From Octopus bimaculoides (taxonomy: Eukaryota): a DNA stretch of 35,868 nt. The position numbers and the translations under genes were made by a program. Below the pieces are notes generated by a model, which worked only from the letters and a program-made list of their open reading frames with translations, did not search any database and was not told where the DNA came from. The DNA lies in assembly GCF_001194135.2 (NCBI RefSeq), contig NC_068990.1:53323743-53359610 (forward strand). The letters are read 5' to 3'. Shown here in pieces: positions 10,990 to 22,335 of this stretch; within the stretch, counting starts at the first letter, position 1; each line of letters starts with the position of its first letter.

Positions 10990-11342
10990 TGGGGCAAGTG
11001 ACTTTTTCCTTTCCTTTTTTTCAACTACAGGCGTATGCTCAGGGCAGGTCCATTCAATCGCATGATTCTCACCACTTTCATCCACCTTCCAGCAAACTTG
11101 CTAGAAGACAACACTTCCGTCTCTACCCTTGCTTTCCTTTTCAAAGGAAACTTGAAGAAGTTGATCAGGAATTAGCTAAAGAGAAAAGTATTTATCTTCG
11201 GCTCCTTCAATCTCGTCCACCACGCAACCTCTTTCGCCATGGCCACCAGGCATATAAACAGAGTCTTTCTTTCCCGGTTAAAGGAAGACGGCGGGGTGGT
11301 CTTCACGATGGATTCAGTTGACAGCCAGATCCATCCGACACG
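10990..11342 (-). mobile_element. probable Tx1-type LINE ORF2 C-terminus and 3' UTR
   Basis: LFICLVAMAKEVAWWTRLK..FLINFFKF.LKRKARVE..VLSSSKF..RW resembles L1/Tx1 C-terminal helical region; same strand as the endonuclease across the gap. Confidence 0.6.
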
Positions 11343-12095
11343 NNNNNNNNNNNNNNNNNNNNNNNNNNNNNNNNNNNNNNNNNNNNNNNNNNNNNNNNNN
11401 NNNNNNNNNNNNNNNNNNNNNNNNNNNNNNNNNNNNNNNNNNNNNNNNNNNNNNNNNNNNNNNNNNNNNNNNNNNNNNNNNNNNNNNNNNNNNNNNNNNN
11501 NNNNNNNNNNNNNNNNNNNNNNNNNNNNNNNNNNNNNNNNNNNNNNNNNNNNNNNNNNNNNNNNNNNNNNNNNNNNNNNNNNNNNNNNNNNNNNNNNNNN
11601 NNNNNNNNNNNNNNNNNNNNNNNNNNNNNNNNNNNNNNNNNNNNNNNNNNNNNNNNNNNNNNNNNNNNNNNNNNNNNNNNNNNNNNNNNNNNNNNNNNNN
11701 NNNNNNNNNNNNNNNNNNNNNNNNNNNNNNNNNNNNNNNNNNNNNNNNNNNNNNNNNNNNNNNNNNNNNNNNNNNNNNNNNNNNNNNNNNNNNNNNNNNN
11801 NNNNNNNNNNNNNNNNNNNNNNNNNNNNNNNNNNNNNNNNNNNNNNNNNNNNNNNNNNNNNNNNNNNNNNNNNNNNNNNNNNNNNNNNNNNNNNNNNNNN
11901 NNNNNNNNNNNNNNNNNNNNNNNNNNNNNNNNNNNNNNNNNNNNNNNNNNNNNNNNNNNNNNNNNNNNNNNNNNNNNNNNNNNNNNNNNNNNNNNNNNNN
12001 NNNNNNNNNNNNNNNNNNNNNNNNNNNNNNNNNNNNNNNNNNNNNNNNNNNNNNNNNNNNNNNNNNNNNNNNNNNNNNNNNNNNNNNNNNNNNNN

Positions 12096-12660
12096 CACCA
12101 TTTATTGTTGATTATTGCCCCCATCAACGCACACTTAACTAGTTCACTAATTCGGTCACTGAAATCTTTGCGCGCCGGCAACGACGTGTTCACATTCCAG
12201 TAACCGGCTCCCTGTCTATGAAGCCTATTTTAGTCGGCTGTACAGATCACGAATTTGTGGTCTTTGTAGTCGACTACTTTAAACTGTGGACAACCTATGC
12301 TATCCTTATCTGCTACTCTACTGAATAACCTATCTAGATACGATCTGGATGACCCGATGCATTTTGACCAGGTCCATACTGACACATCCTAGAAATCCAG
12401 TCGATACCTGCGAAACAGTTGGACTCGTCTGAGCAAGTCTGCGAGGCTTTTGCACCTTCCTATCCTATCTGCTAAACCTACAGTCTCACCTTACATCTAA
12501 AATTCATTCCAATCCACCACTAACACTAAATAGCAGGACATTCCCAGGAAGGTTTCCAGATGTCTGAAGAAATCTGGTCATTCTTCCCCTGTCGGGGCAT
12601 AGACGGCAACTGTCCTGAAAGTATGTCCTTCGCTGCCTATCACGTCCAGGATCACCGACT
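12096..12660 (-). mobile_element. Tx1-type LINE apurinic-like endonuclease fragment
   Basis: VILDV..FRTVAVYAP, LVLVVDWN, WTWS..SRSYLDR, DYKDHKFV, YW.VNTSL; homologous to 19000-19560 on the plus strand. Confidence 0.88.
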
Positions 12661-12696
12661 TATTTTCCGGATCTAGGAAGAACGTTCTTATAGCAA

Positions 12697-13094
<398 letters not shown>

Positions 13095-13248
13095 AAGAAA
13101 GAGAGAAAGTAAAAGAGACAGTAGATGTTATAGATCGAAAGAAAAGTTGATAATAAATACATATACACAATGTTAAATCAAGGACTACAGCAAATATTGG
13201 ATGTCACTTTCACTTTTCATTACCACACGAGGATAAAATTAATTCGCT

Positions 13249-13370
13249 AGTGGCTGAGTACTCCACAGACATGCATACCATTAACGTAGTTCTCAAGGAA
13301 ATTCAGCATCACACAGAATGTGACAAGGTTGGCTCCTTTGAATTACAGCTAAACTCATTTTGGCCAGTGG
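13249..13370 (-). mobile_element. SINE family 2 internal fragment
   Basis: GTGGCTGAGTACTC..ACAGACA..TTAACGTAGTTCTCAAGGA..CACAGAATGTGACAAGG..CCTTTGAATTAC matches 25165-25262. Confidence 0.85.
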
Positions 13371-13659
13371 TTTGGAAGAAAACGAAGAAGGATCCTATCT
13401 AGGAGCAGGAAAATCTTTTTAGTCGTTAGGGTCACTATAGATATTAACCTAGTCCTAACAGCGGCATTTGTGGGTATCAGATGTGGAGGCCAAGCCCCCC
13501 AAATAAACACTGATGTGCAGGCTGTTGTTATCAAACTGAACGTGAGTCGAGGGTGAAGTCACTACACGACGGAATAGCAATTATTTCATCTTAGCTTACA
13601 CGACATTTTTGCCTTACAATATGAAACATTTCCTTTTCTTTCGCTCTTTTTTTAAAAAT

Positions 13660-13930
13660 GGCACTCGTCAGTTACGTTTATCTAAAATGCAGACAGTTCG
13701 AAAATTTCTGTCCTGGAGTTCAGGATGCTCTCTGGTACGAGAGAGTCTTTTAGGGTTCTCGCGCGTTCGGCAATGCATAATTTGCACCATTTCGTCTCGT
13801 TGATGTAGGGACCTGCGCTCTCGAGGATTTTCCATGTGATTGAGTATGGCATCCCATTGTTTCTTATTTGCTAGACATGGTTGGGCAGTGATGTTGCATA
13901 TGAGCGACCGAAACTCAGCAACCAATGGAA
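13660..13930 (-). mobile_element. Penelope-like element, GIY-YIG endonuclease C-terminal fragment
   Basis: TSLPNHV*QIRNNGMPYSITWKILESAGPYINETKWCKLCIAER..ILNSRTEIF matches the PLE endonuclease C-terminal pattern (LS.HIW.LK..I.WKIL..A.PY..C.LC..E..LN.R.E). Confidence 0.8.
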
Positions 13931-14118
13931 AAGGGAGGTAATCACCTATTGTTTATCTTTATAGCGAGGCATTTCCCCCTCCATATTTGAAGAGGTTTTA
14001 GGCCAGCGTGTTTGGGGTCTGAAGATATGCAGTAAGGACAAACGCCTTTTGAACAAGAAATCCAGAGTAACCCCATAAACCGGTCTTCTCTATCATATTT
14101 ATATACATGCATGTATAT

Positions 14119-14344
14119 GTGTGTGTGTTTGTGTCTGTGCTTGTCTACCCCCTCCACCGCTATCGCTTGACAACCGATGCTGGTGTGTTTGCGTCTTTGT
14201 AACTTAGCTGTTCGGCAGAAGGGACTGATAGAATAAGCACCAGGCTTGCAGGGAATAAGTCCAGGGGTCGATTTCTTCGACTAAAAGGTAGTGCTCCAGC
14301 ATGGCCACCGTCAAATGACTGAAACAAGTAAAAGAATAAAAGAA
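14119..14344 (+). mobile_element. SINE 3' half (octopus-type high-copy repeat)
   Basis: ATCGCTTGACAACCGATGCTGGTGTGTTT..GGGGTCGATTT..GTGCTCCAGCATGGCC..GTCAAATGACTGAAACAAGTAAAAGAATAAAAGAA, with a tandem A-rich tail. Family recognition is from memory. Confidence 0.65.
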
Positions 14345-14674
14345 CACCAGAAGAACGTTCCGTACCACTAAACCAAAAAGGTTCTTTGAGTATGTACTAT
14401 GTATTTTAAGACTAAATAGTAATTCTGTTTACGTTTGCGTAACTGAGATATTTTGTACATTATTTACATTATTTACGTTTGACGTATATTTGTCCTCATC
14501 CTGTGAAATGTAAATACCAGAGTACAGAACGGACAATTTCAGACTCACGAGCGTTTGTAAGGAGAGCAGAATTGCCGTATTGGACACAAGGCTTTATTCA
14601 ACTTCTTTGACAGATACGGTAGACAAATAATAATTTTCGCCAGCGAGTTGAGAATGAGATAACGACAACGACAT

Positions 14675-16697
14675 TGTAGTAACGCCGTGCGCATGCGTAG
14701 TCTCACGCATGCGTGGAATTCAACATCCAAGCGTTCCCGCTTTATTCACTCTGTTTCTCGACTGGCCAGCGATTGAGCATGGACGTGTCAAAGCCTTCTC
14801 TCCATCTTTCGAACTCACGCCAGACAGCTCACATCAACATTCCGGCGTCTCAACAACCATGCTCTCACACACAGAAGGCGTCTCACCAACCAAGATTAAA
14901 GCTGTATATTTTCCACCATGAATAAATATTGTTTGTGTTGATAGTTTGGAGTTCTGCGTTCCGTTCATTCTAATTTAATATAGGAAAGCAGGTGTACATC
15001 TAATGGTNNNNNNNNNNNNNNNNNNNNNNNNNNNNNNNNNNNNNNNNNNNNNNNNNNNNNNNNNNNNNNNNNNNNNNNNNNNNNNNNNNNNNNNNNNNNN
15101 NNNNNNNNNNNNNNNNNNNNNNNNNNNNNNNNNNNNNNNNNNNNNNNNNNNNNNNNNNNNNNNNNNNNNNNNNNNNNNNNNNNNNNNNNNNNNNNNNNNN
15201 NNNNNNNNNNNNNNNNNNNNNNNNNNNNNNNNNNNNNNNNNNNNNNNNNNNNNNNNNNNNNNNNNNNNNNNNNNNNNNNNNNNNNNNNNNNNNNNNNNNN
15301 NNNNNNNNNNNNNNNNNNNNNNNNNNNNNNNNNNNNNNNNNNNNNNNNNNNNNNNNNNNNNNNNNNNNNNNNNNNNNNNNNNNNNNNNNNNNNNNNNNNN
15401 NNNNNNNNNNNNNNNNNNNNNNNNNNNNNNNNNNNNNNNNNNNNNNNNNNNNNNNNNNNNNNNNNNNNNNNNNNNNNNNNNNNNNNNNNNNNNNNNNNNN
15501 NNNNNNNNNNNNNNNNNNNNNNNNNNNNNNNNNNNNNNNNNNNNNNNNNNNNNNNNNNNNNNNNNNNNNNNNNNNNNNNNNNNNNNNNNNNNNNNNNNNN
15601 NNNNNNNNNNNNNNNNNNNNNNNNNNNNNNNCGTCAACATCATTACCACCACACATACAGAACACAGCTACAGCTATAGCAGTTCCTGCGCCGACGTCTT
15701 CACCATCAATGTACTGTCTACCACAATGTCGTGCGCCAACAACCCCACCACCAGGGACACACCAGATCAACACACTAGGTTTTATCTTCACTGTATGAGT
15801 GGAATATCCCCTCACGGACAACAGTCAGAGCTAGCCGACTAGGATATTCAGTGCCAGGTAACAGGTCGCAACTCGCATCGACGCTCAACTACAGCTCTGC
15901 CAACTGACCACAACTTCCAGAGTACGGACATTCAACTTGTGTAACTCTTATACGAACTGGACATATATTTCTTTTTCTCTACAGACACTTTTAATATGTT
16001 CTGTGTTTTTCTCACACACACACTTGTGCACTCATATATTTTCTTTCCTTTCAGAAACATTGCATGCATGTATCTCACAAGTGTACATTCATTTCTTTGA
16101 TTTTTTTCTTTGTGTGTGTTTGTGCCACATCTTGTGGTTGGTTTTCAGTGGCCATCTTGCCTCAGGCGTTCCTCCAAAAATTATATTATCGTGCTTTCCA
16201 CACTGGCAAGGGGAGCCCTGTAGTANNNNNNNNNNNNNNNNNNNNNNNNNNNNNNNNNNNNNNNNNNNNNNNNNNNNNNNNNNNNNNNNNNNNNNNNNNN
16301 NNNNNNNNNNNNNNNNNNNNNNNNNNNNNNNNNNNNNNNNNNNNNNNNNNNNNNNNNNNNNNNNNNNNNNNNNNNNNNNNNNNNNNNNNNNNNNNNNNNN
16401 NNNNNNNNNNNNNNNNNNNNNNNNNNNNNNNGCCAGCGATTGAGCATGGACGTGTCAAAGCCTTCTCTCCATCTTTCGAACTCACGCCAGACAGCTCACA
16501 TCAACATTCCGGCGTCTCAACAACCATGCTCTCACACACAGAAGGCGTCTCAACAACCAAGATTAAAGCTGTATATTTTCCACCATGAATAAATATTGTT
16601 TGTGTTGATAGTTTGGAGTTCTGCGTTCTGTTCATTCTAATTTAATATAGGAAAGCAGGTGTACATCTAATGGTGTATAACCCACTTTCCTATAACA
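14675..16697 (+). mobile_element. possible short LTR element (two near-identical direct repeats around gapped internal sequence)
   Basis: 14765-15007 and 16432-16674 are 243-bp copies differing at ~2 positions. Combined unit starts TGTAG (14675), contains AATAAA and ends TAACA (16697). No TSD found. Confidence 0.5.
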
Positions 16698-16806
16698 TGA
16701 TGCAGTTTGGCAATGAAAAGCTAGCCAAAATAGTTACGTATAAAAAATACATACATGAACAGCGTATATATTTTCGTATAAACATATATACGCAAACAAC
16801 GCTGCT

Positions 16807-16852
16807 AACACAACGTTTCGGCTGATATAACCTCCAGCCTTCATCAGGTGTC
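16807..16852 (-). ncRNA. minimal type I hammerhead ribozyme motif
   Basis: GACAC-CTGATGA-A-GGCTG-gaggttatat-CAGCC-GAAA-C-GTT-GTGTT: stem I GACAC/GTGTT, stem II GGCTG/CAGCC, palindromic AACGTT stem III, GUU cleavage triplet. Confidence 0.85.
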
Positions 16853-16913
16853 TTGGGGAAATTTCAAACCTGGGTTCTCATTCCTAAGGTATTTTTCGAT
16901 GTTATTATTATTA

Positions 16914-16952
<39 letters not shown>

Positions 16953-17029
16953 TCACTGCCTGGAATCGAACTCGGAATCTTAGGGTTAGTAGCCCGCGCT
17001 CTTAACCACTACGCCATATGCCCGTGGGC
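16807..17029 (-). mobile_element. tRNA-headed SINE-like element: tRNA-like head, (AAT)n spacer, hammerhead
   Basis: A-box TGGCGTAGTGG, anticodon-like arm GGG-CTACTAA-CCC, B-box GAGTTCGATTCC (16948-17029); (AAT)n at 16901-16948; then the hammerhead. Confidence 0.82.
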
Positions 17030-17248
17030 GTCAAATGTAAATAATGTAAAAAATGTAAATAATGTACACAATTCCTCATCTCTTAAATATAGAACTGAGA
17101 TATTTTGGTTGGATTATATAGTTAACGGTTTGACACTTCTTTCTATACTCTGTAACTGTCGCAATATAGAAACATTTCTCATGGTACCAGCACACAATTT
17201 ACAGATGCTCACATTTTTTGCTTTCCGTGAAGTTTTCACTGGTCCAGC

Positions 17249-17318
<70 letters not shown>
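17249..17318. repeat. (ATT)n microsatellite
   Basis: Direct reading. Confidence 0.97.
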
Positions 17319-17319
<1 letters not shown>

Positions 17320-17320
<1 letters not shown>

Positions 17321-20300
17321 TTGGTGAGGAGTACATCGGACGTGTTTTCGGACGCTCGAAGTAAGTCTTTATTAATTTCATTGCATACACCCGTTTGGTG
17401 CCGTTTTTTTTTTGCATGAAATTTTCATTCCGAGTTGTTAATGAGGACTCCAGGAATCCATTGCTGGTATGCCTTTGGATGTTTGGCCCCGTAGGGAGAA
17501 AATTTCAGTCCTCCAGAATATCACCCAAGAGGCGTCAGAAAAAGAATTCCATCAAGATTGCGGCGTCCACCTTAAAATCTTTAAAAACAAAATAATCCCC
17601 CCCCCCCCACAGGCATTCTTACAGCTGAAGACTTCACCCACTTCCTTCTCATACCAAAAAATAATGCAGGAGAAGGGGAGGAGACAAAAGAAATGGAAAT
17701 AGACAAAAGTCTAAACCGTCAAGAGAATAGTAATTGCAATAACAATAGCGTAGTGCTGGTAGTGGAAGCGACAGTATTCGTAGTGTTAGTAGGCTGTGAC
17801 AACAGTTTGAACAATGACGGCGGCGAGAAGTATAGTAGCAGAAGCAATGACAAGAAGAATATCAGCGAGAAGAATGGTAGCAGTAACGTTAGCGTTGGCA
17901 GCAACTTAAGCGGTACCGGCAAGAGCAATGAGAGTAGTGGAAGCGGAGGGGTGGGAGACAGCGGTGGTAACAACAGCGGAGGATGCTACAACTGCACCAC
18001 AAACCACCACCACCACCACCACCACTAATTAGACTTTTTTCGCCGGCGCTGCCGTCTCAAAAGCACTATTTGCACTCTCCCTGGAGGACAAAATTGGTAT
18101 ATAAGCAAACGCAGCTAAGTTCCGAAAAATCAACGGAAGAAGAGTAGAATTAAAACTGCCACCAGAAATTTTAGCGAACACAGCAAGGAAAATAGTAACG
18201 TACCACTGCATTAGCCGTAAATCAAAACGGCTAGAATCAGCAACAAACGCCGAGATAGAAAGAGCCCTTCAGAATATATGGCAGGACATCAGTCATATAT
18301 CGAGGGCCAAGCAGTTCGGCAGAGTGGAAGTTTTATTTAAAACTGAGGCCCTAGCTATTCAACACTCAGTGGCCGCCTGCCGCAGCTAGGAATTCATGTT
18401 CTTCCCATCGTATGTGGGAAGAAGGGCGGTTAAGATTACCATACAGGGGGTACCACCAGAGCTAGATCTGTGGTAGATACTCGCATGCATGTTACTCAAT
18501 GAAAATGAAAGTAATAATCTCCTGGAGGCGAAAAGATCAAAGTGGGAGAACTGGATAGGAATTACACTGGAGGTGTTATTCCATGTAAAGCTAGAACAGC
18601 TAGAGAAGATACTTGACCTAATCTCCCTGCCGAACAGAACTGAGTTGAGAATAATTGTAGAGAGCAGACGTCCCAGAGAAACTGCAGTCAAAACCAGAGG
18701 CCGGGCTATCCGGCAGGATGAGTAACCTCGCGCTTTTCCTTTCTCACAGCTCTTCCCGACCGATATGGGATTGATTAGAGTGGTCTGTGTAAACTTTCGT
18801 GGCCTGGGGTCGCCCTAGGAGAAGAGGCGCCTTCTTAATGACCTTAGGTCACTGTCTATGGATGTGATAGCCGTCAGCGAAACCAGGATTTCCGACACAT
18901 GTGATCTGACTTCCATTTCCGACGATTTTGAGGTCTGCGCATCTCTTAGTCAGCCTGGAATGGTGGTGGCGGTGGGGTTCAGGAAAGGCCTGGATCTCGA
19001 CGTGCGGACGATCATCCTGGTCCCAGAAGGTAAGTTGGTGGTCCTGGATGTGAGTAACAACGAAGGTAGTGCTTTCAGACTAGTCGCTGTGAACACCAGG
19101 TTTTCCTTGGAACATCTCGCTCTTTAGTTCTAGTGGGCGATTGGAGCAGCACCATTTTGGATGCACGCCTGGATGAGGTGTGGCTAGCCGATAGTAGAGA
19201 GGGATGAAAAAGCCTCACAAACCTGCTCAGTCGTGTCCAATTGGCTGAAAGGTACCGACTGGATTTTCCGAATGCTCCAATGTGGACATGGGCAAAAAAT
19301 ACTGGGTCTTCCAGGTCGTATTTAGATAGGATATTCTGTAGGCCGTAAATAGAAGTAGCATCGGTTGTCCACAGTTTAAAGTCGTCGGCTACACAGAGCA
19401 CACATTTGTGATCTACATGGTCGGCCTAGATAGGATCCATAAGCAGAGCCTCAGGTACTGGAAGCTGAACGCGTCTTTCCCAGCGCATCAAGCATTCAGA
19501 AACCGGGTTAGCAAGCTAGCCCATCGGAAGTTAGCCGGCGCAATCGTCAAGAACTGTTGGTGGATAGCTCTGAAAAGGACTATTAGAGTAGAGACAGTAG
19601 GATTTAGTAAGGAAATAGCCTTAGAGAAATCTAGGATAGAAGGAGAGCTAGTTAGGAAGCTAGATGAAGCGCTTAGGAGTGGCATTACGGCTGATGGGAT
19701 GGCATCGTGATTAGCTCTTGACCAATTATGCAATGCCAAGCAGGAAGGATGCGATGTCAGAGCTAGGTCACATGCTCTAAGATATGAGGGAGCGAAAGCC
19801 GTTCGAAGAGCCCGTGTGACAGAGATGCAGCGTGGAAACAAAGCCAGAATTCGGTCTTTGACGGCCGAGACGGGCGAATACTACACGAATCCAAGCAGAT
19901 GTGAACGGAATTTCAGCGGCACTCTACCGTACTACTCGGGGCACGCGGTGTATCGGGGATGGAGGTGCATTTCATCTCCTACCTCGATGGCATGCCTCGC
20001 CTTTCGGCCTGGGATGCGAGATTCTGTGAAATGCCGATAATAGCCGAAGACATACGGGACGTGATGACGAGCTGTTCAAGAGAGAAGTCTCCGGGGTTGG
20101 ATAGTTTGCCCTTCGATCTTTATCTTGTATGCCAGACTTTTTCGGTGATCTCTTGGCGGATGTCTACCGCAACTGGCAGCAGAACGGGAGAATACCCACT
20201 GTTGTGAGCCGTGGCGTGGTGGTGCTGCTGAGATAGGACCCAAACAAATGAGACCAAATAAATAATTTTAGGCCCACAACTCTGCTGAATGTAGATTATA

Positions 20301-20517
20301 AGATTTTGGCCAAGATTTTAGCCAAGAGGTTGGCGCTTGTCGTCGATAAACTGATCAATGATGTGAAAACAGGCGATATCCCGAAAAGATCTATCCACGA
20401 CAACCTCTACCTCATGTGCTACATCATAGAGAGGGTAGGGAAGGAATCTGGCATGAGTAGGGCCCTGATCAATTTTGACAGGGTCGACCATCAGTACTTG
20501 GAGGCTGCCCTCACGGC
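17320..20517 (+). mobile_element. Tx1/L1-type LINE, degenerate, 3'-truncated within RT (ORF1 ~17470-18725; ORF2 ~18770-20517)
   Basis: Low-complexity N/S/G ORF1 segment then RRAVKITIQGVPPE; ORF2 APE motifs VNFRGL, DVIAVSETR, YLDR, TEH(SDH-like), YWKLNAS; RT motifs KSPGLDSLP, NFRPTTLLNVDYKILAK, FDRVDHQYL. Confidence 0.9.
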
Positions 20518-21344
20518 GAGAATTTGTTAGGCCTCCAGGAAAGCGAAACAACCCACGTTGCACGACGAAAATAGTGAAGTTTGGGGGTAAGAATTTGATG
20601 CTTTGGGGATACATAAAAAGTGATGGTTCAAGAAAGTTGGTTAAAATTTACGGTAACTCGAATAGTGCGAAGTACATCCACTTGCTGAAGGTCAATTTGA
20701 TACCAGAATTGTATGAAGGTAAAATTTTTTAGCATGACGGAGCTCCATGTCACAGATTGCGTGCAACACAACAGAGTCTGGGTGATGAAGGTGTTACCTT
20801 ATTGAAAGATTGGCCAGTTCAGAGCCCTGATTTAAATATCCTCGAGCAAATGTGGAGAGAACTAAAGAGAAGCGTTCGTCAGAAGAATTCACGCAATCTT
20901 GAATAGTTGTGGGAGCTACAGAGAATGGCATTCCATACCTGGAAAGATGGTAAAGGATTTGTACGCATCTCTTCCCAAGTGCATTGCAGCAATTATTCAA
21001 GCTAAGGGAGGCCACACGAAATAGTAACAATATGCAATAACTTCTTGAAATGAATATGTAATAAATTTTCATTATAGACATTTTTGTGTTTTAAAACACT
21101 GTATCTTGATTGGTTTATGTGAGGTGTCCGAAAACTTTTGCACAGCCATTTTTGGTGATCGTTTCGCATCTTCCCCTCTCATTCAGAACCACTACAACAA
21201 AATATAATGATTAGGTATAGAAATGACTCCAACAGGGTCAACGTTTCATCAGTAAAAGACGCAATGCGAAAATCCGCTTATAAGTTGTCAATTAGTAGGA
21301 ATTTACAATAGTTTAAAATGGCTGAAAACTTTTGCACGGTACTG
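20518..21344 (+). mobile_element. Tc1-family DNA transposon, right half with right inverted repeat
   Basis: VKFGGKNLMLWGYI, F*HDGAPCH, WPVQSPDLNILEQMWRELK (DD34E-type C-half). Ends ..AAAACTTTTGCACGGTACTG|TA; GAAAACTTTTGCAC occurs twice (~21130, ~21324). Confidence 0.9.
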
Positions 21345-21346
21345 TA

Positions 21347-22335
21347 TACCTTGAAGTTAGCTATCACACCTTGATCTATCGGTTGAAGCTGAGAAGTTGT
21401 ATTCTGCCAGAAAGATCATCTAAGTTCGGTGCATTATCTAAAAGACAATGCTTTGTTGAAAATATTGTGTCCGGCACTGTACATTTTTACCGCACAACAA
21501 AAATCGGTTGTAATCCACTATTTGAAAAGACTCTCAGTCGTCCATGCCTTCTTATTTGAACACTATATCAGAGATATATTAAACTTTGTATTACCGTTGA
21601 AAGCCCTTAGATTTTCGGAGTGATACATTTGTAGGGGCTTTATCTTCACATCACCAGTGACATTTTTCTCCAAAAGAAGTGTCAGGCAATCTTTGGAAGC
21701 TTTAAATTTTGGTGTTGATTTTTCTTCTCGAGAAATTAAAATTGTAGCAGGTATGTACCTCCAGCAAAGTGAAGTCTCACCAGTATTGTATACTTAGTCT
21801 GATACGTAGTTCCCTTCAGCAATCATTTTCTTCAGCTGTTGAATTAGTAGCAGTCTCTGTATCAGCGTTCGCAGTTTCCCCAGTCATTTTTGTAATGCAA
21901 ATTCATGCGCTTCTTAAACCTTTGAAACCAGCGTATAAAAGCCAAAAAGGGTTTTCATTTAAAGTTTCACCTTCCTTTTTCGGCAACTCCTCATATAAAC
22001 TTTTGCCTTTTTTTTTTTATATATAATTATCATGGTGCTGGTCGACACATTACGCCGATTCTAATTCTCGAACCATACAATCAAGGGTCATTCCATTTTA
22101 AGCATTACATTAGCTCTATGGGAAAATAACATCCGGACAGTTAACGGAGTAGCTTCTTGAGAACTTCACATAATTGTCTCCCTGTTGTCATGTACTGTTC
22201 CCACTGTAAATGTTTCAAGATTTATTGTTTTGGCAAACTTAGTTTTACTTCTGCATCAGGTGTTTTTAAAGCGTTAAGTTTAATATCCAGTGCGATTCCT
22301 TTACGGTTCCTTTTCGCAGTATTGCCTTGAGGTCT
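21347..22335 (-). mobile_element. Tigger/pogo-family transposase fossil
   Basis: KRNRKGIALDIKL (HTH), WFQRFKKR, VYNTGETSLCW, EEKSTPKFKASKDCLTLLL..GDVKIKPL.MYHSEN.RAF, NKKAWT, LLDNAP, NTTSQLQPIDQGVIANFK. Confidence 0.9.

Noticed and set aside
13640-13690. Hammerhead candidate CTGACGA...GAAA on the minus strand after the Penelope ORF
   Set aside because: No convincing stem II or III and no UH site with a matching stem I.
15632-15930. Gag-like coding remnant inside the LTR-like pair
   Set aside because: Only Pro/Thr-rich composition; no zinc knuckle or protease motif identifiable.
16948-17029. Functional tRNA gene
   Set aside because: Acceptor stem does not pair (GGGCATA versus CAGTGAC) and the T-stem is broken; it is a SINE head.
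16848-17327. Signal-peptide-like ORF with poly-L and poly-Y
   Set aside because: Made of (ATT)n tracts and the antisense of the SINE.
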